From: Candidatus Latescibacterota bacterium
GTDB lineage: Bacteria; Latescibacterota; UBA2968; UBA8231
NCBI GenBank assembly: GCA_965219385.1
Contig: CBDCNM010000002.1
Span: forward strand, 2,860,305 to 2,924,304
Length of the DNA stretch: 64,000 bases
Reading direction: 5' to 3'
The notes beneath the pieces are model-generated. The model saw only the letters and a program-made list of their open reading frames with translations, had not been told where the DNA came from and did not search any database. Numbering within the stretch: the first letter of the stretch is position 1; the number at the start of each line of letters is the position of its first letter. Made by a program: the position numbers and the translations under genes. Shown here piece by piece: positions 57,938 through 64,000 of the stretch.

Positions 57938-58693
57938 TTAATCACTCCGCGCGTACTGGCAGCGCCTTCGCAAGCAGCAGGAGGCGCACAGCGGTTTTAC
58001 TTTGCAGTAGGTGACGGCGTGTCGCACCAGCAGGGCGTGGTACTCGTTAAAAAGATCGGTATTCGCCGGTAGTTTGTCCATGAACAGGGCCTGCAATTCG
58101 GCATAGGTGGCGCTCTCGTCGGCCAGGCCCAGGCGGCTGCAGATCCGCCGGGTGTAGGCATCCACCACAAAAAAGGGATAGCGGGCGGCGTAGAGCAGAA
58201 TGCAGTCGGCGGTTTCGGGTCCGATGCCTTTCAGGGAGAGCAACTCGCAGCGCAGGGCGAGTCCCGGACGTTGGAGCAGAGCGGCGGTGCTGCCGCGGTA
58301 GTTGTCGGCGATATAGGAGGCAATGTCCCGGAGCCGGCGGGCTTTCTGGTTGTAGTAGAGCGCCGGTCGGATGAGCGCGGCCAGCTGGTCCACCTCCAGG
58401 GCGCGCAGCGCCGGCAGGTCCAGGGCCTGGTGCGCGGACAGGGCCTCGAGGGCCTGCTCCACGTTGCGCCAGGCCGCGTTCTGGGTCAGAACGGCGCCGA
58501 CGATGATTTCCCATTGCTCGCGCTCGTCCAGGTGGCGCCGGACAGCGCCGGGGTAGTAGCGGGGACGAGTCTCACCAGAGGGCGTGGTCGGCCACCATCC
58601 CTGCGGGCCGAATTGTCTGTAGAGTTGCTGGTATATCCTGCGGAGGGGGTTGTGCATCTGTGAGAAGATGGGATATACGAAGTCGATTGGCAA
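57938..58693 (-). CDS. HhH-GPD base-excision repair glycosylase (endonuclease III-like) with C-terminal Fe-S Cys cluster.
   Basis: LKGIGPETADCILLYA HhH-GPD motif; C-terminal CKVKPLCASCCLRRRC. Confidence 0.7.
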   Translation of the reverse strand: MPIDFVYPIFSQMHNPLRRIYQQLYRQFGPQGWWPTTPSGETRPRYYPGAVRRHLDEREQWEIIVGAVLTQNAAWRNVEQALEALSAHQALDLPALRALEVDQLAALIRPALYYNQKARRLRDIASYIADNYRGSTAALLQRPGLALRCELLSLKGIGPETADCILLYAARYPFFVVDAYTRRICSRLGLADESATYAELQALFMDKLPANTDLFNEYHALLVRHAVTYCKVKPLCASCCLRRRCQYARSD

Positions 58694-58791
58694 GAATTCG
58701 GGGACTGAGGTTGTTGCTCCGTCTCTTGATGGGCGCTGGTCTATCCACTATCTTCCTGAGAATACTGAATATCACAAAAGGAGGGATCAAG

Positions 58792-59895
58792 ATGGCTTCT
58801 GAGAAAACCTACCGGGCCGCGGCCATCGGCCGCACCGGCGGTGGCGGATACGGGCACGGGCTGCACACGGCCTACAAAGGGCTGGACAACGTCGAGTTTG
58901 TAGGAGTGGCGGATGCGGACGAAGAGGGCCGCCGCAAAGGCCAGGAGGAGACCGGAGCTCCGCAGGCCTATGCCGATTATCAGGAGATGCTGCACAAGGA
59001 GCAGCCCGATATCGTCAGCGTCTGTCCGCGCTGGACCGACTGCCATTTGGAGATGGTCCTGGCCTGTCTGGAAGCCGGCGCTCACTTGTACTGCGAAAAA
59101 CCCATGACCTGGAACCTGGAGGAGGGCGACCAGATCGTCAGCATGGCCTCGGTATCCGGCAAGAAGGTGGCGGTCGCACACCAGGCCGTGTACCTGCCCG
59201 TCCTCCAGGGGGTGAAGAAGCTACTGGAGGACGGTCGCATCGGCCAGGTGCAATCCATGTACGCCCACGGCAAGCAGGACAGGCGCGGGGGCGGGGAGGA
59301 CATGATCGTTCTGGGCACCCACCTTTTTAATATGATGCGGTTCTTTGCCGGGGATGTGGCCTGGATATCGGCTCACGTCACCAACGGGGGCCGCGAACTG
59401 GAAATAGGGGATATCCGCGAACCCACCGAGCCGGTGGGGCCGGTGGCCGGAGACTGCATCAACACCTACTTTGCCTTTGCCGGCGGCGTGGTCGGATTTT
59501 TCGACTCGCGCAGGTACGAGCAGGGCGGCGGCCAGCGTTTCGGCCTGGAGATCGTGGGTAGCGAAGGGCGCATCTTCCTGCAGGGCGGCGCCGGCGACAA
59601 TCCGATGATCTATCCCTATCCCATCTTTCAGCCGTCCGCTTCCGAGCAGCAGTGGCAGGCGCTCGCCGAGTTGTCCCAACAGCCCCTGCAGACCGGCAAC
59701 CAGCTGGCCATCATTGACCTGATCGCCGCCATCGAAGAAGGCCGCAAACCCCTTTCGAGCGATCGCGATGCCGTGGCGGCCCTGGAGATGATTCTGGGTA
59801 CCTACGAGTCGCAGATCACCGGGGCGCGCGTGACCCTGCCCATGCAGCGCCGCCATCCCCTGATTGCCTGGCAGGAGGGGACGTATGGCAACTGA
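58792..59895 (+). CDS. Gfo/Idh/MocA-family NAD(P)-dependent oxidoreductase.
   Basis: N-terminal Rossmann AAIGRTGGGGYG; EKP motif (CEKPMT). AAGGAGGG RBS. Confidence 0.75.
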   Translation: MASEKTYRAAAIGRTGGGGYGHGLHTAYKGLDNVEFVGVADADEEGRRKGQEETGAPQAYADYQEMLHKEQPDIVSVCPRWTDCHLEMVLACLEAGAHLYCEKPMTWNLEEGDQIVSMASVSGKKVAVAHQAVYLPVLQGVKKLLEDGRIGQVQSMYAHGKQDRRGGGEDMIVLGTHLFNMMRFFAGDVAWISAHVTNGGRELEIGDIREPTEPVGPVAGDCINTYFAFAGGVVGFFDSRRYEQGGGQRFGLEIVGSEGRIFLQGGAGDNPMIYPYPIFQPSASEQQWQALAELSQQPLQTGNQLAIIDLIAAIEEGRKPLSSDRDAVAALEMILGTYESQITGARVTLPMQRRHPLIAWQEGTYGN

Positions 59896-61342
59896 AAAGG
59901 TCCCGCACGAAGTCATTCCCTGCAATCATCTACCTCCGGCCGAGTACCGGGATCTGCCCGAGCCCTCTGCCTGGAAGAGTCTGGTCGGCCCCAGCGTCCT
60001 GCTCCTGGGGCTTTCCCTGGGCAGCGGCGAGTTCGTGCTGTGGCCCTACATCACCTACAAGTTCGGATTTGTGGTGTTCTGGGCTTGTATGATCGGGGTT
60101 ACCACCCAGTACTTCCTCAACATGGAGATCGAACGCTGGACCCTGGCCACCGGGGAGACCGCCTTGACCGGATTCTGCCGGCTGTGGAAGCACTGGGCCT
60201 GGATTTTTTTGCTCTGCAATGTGATTCCCTGGGTGTGGCCGGGCTGGGCCTCGGGCGCGGCGACCCTGCTCACCTGGGAACTGGGCGGTGAGGGAAATGA
60301 AAATATCCGCGTGCTCTTTTCCATCATCAGTCTGATCGGGGTGGGGCTGGCCCTGAGTCTGGGGCCGGTGGTCTACAACACGGTGGAGCGCATCCAGACG
60401 GTCCTGGTCACCCTGACCCTGCTGTTTTTGCTGCTCATCTTCTTTCTGGTGGTGAAGCCGGCCCACATCGTGGACATGTTTAAGGGCATGGTCAATATCG
60501 GCCACATCCCCGAGGGGATGGAGCTGCCGCTGTTGCTGGGGGCCATCGCCTTTGCCGGAGCCGGGGGGACCATGAACCTGGCCCAGAGCAACTTTGTGCG
60601 CGACAAGGGGTATGCCATGGGGCGTTATATCGGCCGGTTGACCAGCCCGCTGACCGGCAAGGAGGAGGTGGTGGCGGATATCGGCTATCACTTCGAGTAC
60701 AACCAGGAGAATCTGGGGCGCTGGAAGGGATGGTGGAAGACGGCCAACCGCGAGCACTTCATTACCTTCTATTTGCTGGCGGCCTTTTCCCTGATCCTGC
60801 TCTCGCTGATTTCCTACAGCACCACCCGGCACCTGCCGGAGCTCGAAAAGGGCATGGAGTTCATTCGTGCCGAAGGGGATTTCCTCGGCCGGGAATACGG
60901 GGTTCTGCTGCGCCACATTTTCAACTGGATGGGCATTGCCATCCTGCTGACCACGGAGCTGGGGCTGCTGGATGCGTGCGCCCGTATTTCCACGGATGTC
61001 ATCAAGGTGAACTGGCTGCGGGATAATGAAAGATGGACCGATAGTCGGCTCTACTTCCTGCTGCTGTGGGTCCAGATCCTTCTGGGCTGCCTGATCATGC
61101 TTTCGGGCCTGGTTTTTCCGGGTTTCAATCAGCCGCTGGTACTGCTGGTGTTGAGTGCTTCCATGAACGGCGGGGTGATGTTGCTCTATTCGGTGCTGCT
61201 GTTGTGGATGAACAACCGGGTCCTGCGCGGTGCGCTGGCCATGCACCCGGTGCGCTTTGTGGCCCTTATCTGGTCCTGCGCTTTTTTCGGGTACTTTACC
61301 ATCGTCACTTTGCAGAACGAGTTGCCCCGGCTGTGGAAGTGA
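59885..61342 (+). CDS. Polytopic membrane transporter, distantly Nramp-like.
   Basis: GPSVLLLGLSLGSGEFVLWPY...TTQYFLNMEIERWTLATGETALTGFCRLW parallels the Nramp N-terminal GPG...G.E...QY...RLG..TG.....C pattern. About 11-12 TM segments. Confidence 0.45.
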   Translation: MATEKVPHEVIPCNHLPPAEYRDLPEPSAWKSLVGPSVLLLGLSLGSGEFVLWPYITYKFGFVVFWACMIGVTTQYFLNMEIERWTLATGETALTGFCRLWKHWAWIFLLCNVIPWVWPGWASGAATLLTWELGGEGNENIRVLFSIISLIGVGLALSLGPVVYNTVERIQTVLVTLTLLFLLLIFFLVVKPAHIVDMFKGMVNIGHIPEGMELPLLLGAIAFAGAGGTMNLAQSNFVRDKGYAMGRYIGRLTSPLTGKEEVVADIGYHFEYNQENLGRWKGWWKTANREHFITFYLLAAFSLILLSLISYSTTRHLPELEKGMEFIRAEGDFLGREYGVLLRHIFNWMGIAILLTTELGLLDACARISTDVIKVNWLRDNERWTDSRLYFLLLWVQILLGCLIMLSGLVFPGFNQPLVLLVLSASMNGGVMLLYSVLLLWMNNRVLRGALAMHPVRFVALIWSCAFFGYFTIVTLQNELPRLWK

Positions 61343-61460
61343 GGGGCTCTCCTCAATCCCCGCGGGCTTGGGAGTCCCTTCGGATGCGGGTGCCTTGTCT
61401 ACGCCGCTCACGCTCGGGGCACACCGGGAAATTCCAGACGGCTTCCGAGAACAATTTCGC

Positions 61461-62567
61461 TCACTTCCCCAGCCATTGCCGCAGCGCTTTCTTTCCGGCT
61501 GCGGCGGTTCTGACCAGGGCGTTTTTGTAGCCTTCCACCACAAAGTAGGGCACCAGGTCGCCACCGAAGCCGCGTTTGAAGAAGGCGACGGTCGGGATAT
61601 TGGCGCCGACGAAGTCGAATTTTTTCAACGGGGTCCGGGCGAAAAACTTCCAGTAGAGCAAGGAGAGGGCGCCGCTGCTGTTGAAGGCCGGATCGGCGCC
61701 GGCCAGCCAGGCGTAGACCGTGTTGAAACCATGGACGAATACCACCATGGAGGCCACGGCCCCGGCGGGCGACTCCACCAGAAAGGTGTGGGCCAGGCCG
61801 GCCTGCGAGGTCCGCTCGACAAAGCGCTGGACCAGGTCCGAGTCCACCGGCGCCTTGTTGTCCTGGCGGGTGTAGATCAGTTCGTACTGGCGGCGGAACA
61901 ACTCCAGGTCGTCGGTGGGGCGCATGCGAAAGCCGCTCTTTTCGGCCTTGCGGATCACCGTGCGGGTGCGGCGTTCCACCCGTTCCCACAGGGCATCCAG
62001 GTCGCTCAAGTCCATCTGGTAGGTGTAGCGCACCCGTTCCTCCCAGCCGGCCCAGATGAATTCGCGCACGTCCTTTATGGCCGGCGTGTGGGCGAGCTGG
62101 ACATGGTCGTAGAGGCCATTCAGGTGCTGCACGAGCAAGCCGGCGGCCCGGTTCCACTCGGCCTCCAGCTTGGCCGGTCCCTTGCTTGGAATGGGGGCGC
62201 AGATCAGGCCGCCGTGGGGGGTGAGGAGGGGGGTTTTCAGTTGCTTCAGACCCTTGCGGTTCTGGGCCAGGCCCGAGACGCCGGCCAGCAGGTGGCCATT
62301 CTTGTAGCACCCGTAGCAGTGGACTTCGCCGCCGGCCGTGTGGCGGGCGCAGTCCAGCCAGGTGTGGGTGGCAAAGATCGAGCCGCCCACGGCCTGACGC
62401 ACAAATTCATCCCAGGCGTCTGGGTTTTCTACTTCGAGGATTTCGTAGGCATCGGGCATGGTGTCCGGCGGGAGGCGCTGTCGGGATACGGGGTGGCATG
62501 AAGGATGCATTGCCGTCCTCCACGCCTCGAATATATGGGAAGAAGCTACCAGGTTCAAACCCCTCAC
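61461..62567 (-). CDS. FemAB-like / GNAT-fold acyltransferase family protein (BioF2/FemX-like). Start uncertain.
   Basis: Real-protein composition; size and C-terminal pattern of Acetyltransf_6 / FemAB-family proteins. The opposite-strand ORF 61230-62501 is rejected as an artefact. Confidence 0.45.
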   Translation of the reverse strand: MRGLNLVASSHIFEAWRTAMHPSCHPVSRQRLPPDTMPDAYEILEVENPDAWDEFVRQAVGGSIFATHTWLDCARHTAGGEVHCYGCYKNGHLLAGVSGLAQNRKGLKQLKTPLLTPHGGLICAPIPSKGPAKLEAEWNRAAGLLVQHLNGLYDHVQLAHTPAIKDVREFIWAGWEERVRYTYQMDLSDLDALWERVERRTRTVIRKAEKSGFRMRPTDDLELFRRQYELIYTRQDNKAPVDSDLVQRFVERTSQAGLAHTFLVESPAGAVASMVVFVHGFNTVYAWLAGADPAFNSSGALSLLYWKFFARTPLKKFDFVGANIPTVAFFKRGFGGDLVPYFVVEGYKNALVRTAAAGKKALRQWLGK

Positions 62568-62654
62568 AGCAAGGATCGGCCCGGCACCAGCCCTTGCAAA
62601 AAATCGTCGCAGGGCAGACAGAGAATTTCCTTTATCTTGATCCTCTCATCCCCT

Positions 62655-63038
62655 CTATAAAGCAAATACACCTGGGCTTCGGGATAGTCTTGCCAGCAGG
62701 TCGATCCCGGTGCGCTTCAGTTTTCTCGCGCTGGAGCCGGTGAGGACGAACCTGAGGGATCTGTGCTGCTCGATGAGCTGGTGGATCACGCCCAGCAACT
62801 CGGGGATCTTTTGCACCTCGTCAATGATGATGGTCTCTTTGGCGGGATTGCCGGCGATGAGTCCCCGCAGTCGTTCGGGACGGGCAGCGTAGAGACGATA
62901 CGTCTCTGGAGAAAGCAGATCCACGAGCAAGGCGTCCTGCAAGTGGGCATGAAGCCAGGTCGACTTGCCTGTGCCACGGGGGCCGAAAAGAAAAAAACCG
63001 GCTCTTGGTTCCTGGAAAAATCGCTTCTTAATTTCCAT
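62655..63038 (-). pseudogene. Truncated AAA-type ATPase (AAA_14/DUF4143 family); only the N-terminal ~120 aa remain.
   Basis: Walker A GPRGTGKST and Walker B IIIDEVQ present; the reading frame ends after ~127 aa. The usual ~400-aa C-terminal part is missing. Confidence 0.5.
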
Positions 63039-63241
63039 CTTTTTTTCTTTTTTAGAATTATTAATTCCAAAATACCATTTAATATTTGTTTGTCAAGACG
63101 GCGGTAGCACCGCGGAATAGCGTGGAGTAGAGGTGACACCGACTATTCGCCTATTTGCTCTTGCTGCTTCTTTGCCCACTCGCTGCACACGGGCCCTGTG
63201 GGGTTGCGCCGGACATTCCGCCGAGGGCTCTATTTTCTTTC

Positions 63242-63270
63242 TTGACATCTTACCAGCTCGATTCTATATT
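63242..63270 (+). promoter_or_regulatory. Candidate sigma70 promoter TTGACA-N17-TATATT in the long AT-rich leader upstream of ilvC.
   Basis: ttgaca at 63242-63247, 17-nt spacer, tatatt at 63265-63270. Confidence 0.35.
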
Positions 63271-63602
63271 AACATTTCTATATCTTTACATGCAGTTAAA
63301 TCTCTGAATTTTTGAGCTTGGTCATCATGCGCTCTCAGGTATTGCCCATATCCCGCTCCATTCTCCCGACCAGGGCCCCGGGGACAGGTCTTGCCCTTTT
63401 GCCTGGCGCACTCCTTCTCATCAGCCGAATTCTCCTACTTAAAAGCCTTATTGTCCGCTAGGGCTTCGTTTCTTTTTCTTTATTTAATTTTCCACAACCC
63501 AGAAAACGGACGGAGCCTCTGAAAAACTTCAAAGGTAGTCATCAAATTACGTCTGAACACCAGATTCCATCCCATCACCTACATTTTCAGGAGAGGTCCA
63601 CG

Positions 63603-64000
63603 ATGCAAATGTACTATGACAACGACGCCAACCTCGAGCTCCTCAGCGCCAAGACCGTGGCCGTCATCGGCTACGGCAGCCAGGGGCACGCCCATGCCCT
63701 CAACTTGAAAGAAAGCGGCGTCAAGGTCGTCGTGGGCCTGCGCGCCGGCAGCGCCCGGCGTGCCGAGGCCGAGAAGGATGGCCTAGAGGTGCAAACCGTG
63801 CCCGAGGCGGCCAGGCGCGGCGACATCATCATGATCCTCATCAACGACGAAATCCAGGGCCGGGTCTACGAGGCGGATATCGAGCCCAACCTCGAAGCTG
63901 GCAATGCCCTGGCCTTTGCCCACGGCTTCAACATCCACTTCCAGCAGATAGTGCCGCCGGCCGATGTGGACGTGTTCATGGTGGCGCCCAAAGGACCGGG
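63603..64000 (+). CDS. ilvC: Ketol-acid reductoisomerase, 5' part (continues beyond the window).
   Basis: [40 protein letters not shown]... canonical IlvC N-terminus. CAGGAGAGG RBS. Confidence 0.85.
   Translation, partial: MQMYYDNDANLELLSAKTVAVIGYGSQGHAHALNLKESGVKVVVGLRAGSARRAEAEKDGLEVQTVPEAARRGDIIMILINDEIQGRVYEADIEPNLEAGNALAFAHGFNIHFQQIVPPADVDVFMVAPKGP

Noticed and set aside
1-64000. tRNA, rRNA and CRISPR arrays.
   Set aside because: No cloverleaf-like conserved tRNA boxes (GTTCGAATCC-type T-loops), rRNA-like stretches or regularly spaced short repeats were found in any intergenic region.

Overview
This 64-kb window is high-GC (roughly 60-65%) bacterial chromosome. A PorV/PorQ-type outer-membrane protein points to a type IX secretion lineage (FCB-superphylum-like), which is inference only. 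The window has two parts. (1) An IS-rich accessory segment (~3-21 kb) holds two near-identical IS701-like copies (3058-4504 and 18168-19614) that differ by one base and bracket ~13.7 kb. Between and beside them lies a four-element pile-up: IS5-like with an amber-mutated transposase, IS4-like, IS701-like copy 2 and IS1182-like. The insertion order can be reconstructed from nested target-site duplications, all at (C)TTAG. The segment also carries Ldh_2 dehydrogenase, manA/manC-like genes, a three-gene unit (PhyH-family dioxygenase, class-I aminotransferase, aspartate-dehydrogenase-like) flanked by ~35-bp direct repeats, tatC, lnt, radC and a bifunctional-nuclease/UVR gene. (2) A housekeeping segment (~21-64 kb) holds sodC, pcm (lipoprotein form), porV-like, gatA, tatA, pssA, psd, degP, truA, ecfT, a NitT/TauT-type ABC transporter, xer recombinase, ogt, uvrC, rlmI-like, HD-domain dGTPase-like, ndk, yceD-rpmF-fabH-fabD-fabG-acpP-fabF-rnc, lipoate ligase-like, oppDF-like ATPases, ppiD-like, nadK, a long-form cysE, prpD-family, nth-like, Gfo/Idh/MocA, Nramp-like and the 5' end of ilvC. 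A previously unrecognised MITE-like repeat family (terminal inverted repeats (TIRs) TCAGTACTTCACGAAAT) occurs at five loci. Several genes are decayed remnants. No rRNA, tRNA or CRISPR array was seen. Many long ORFs in the supplied six-frame track are antisense artefacts of high GC content. The prompt suggests an undescribed system may be present, but I could not identify one and the features below do not claim one. The most tractable candidates for novelty are the MITE-like repeat family (finding at 31060-31302), the direct-repeat-flanked three-gene cassette (8416-11436), the uncharacterised coupled gene pair at 1-1267, the nested IS pile-up (15993-21156) and the candidate ilvC leader (63242-63602).
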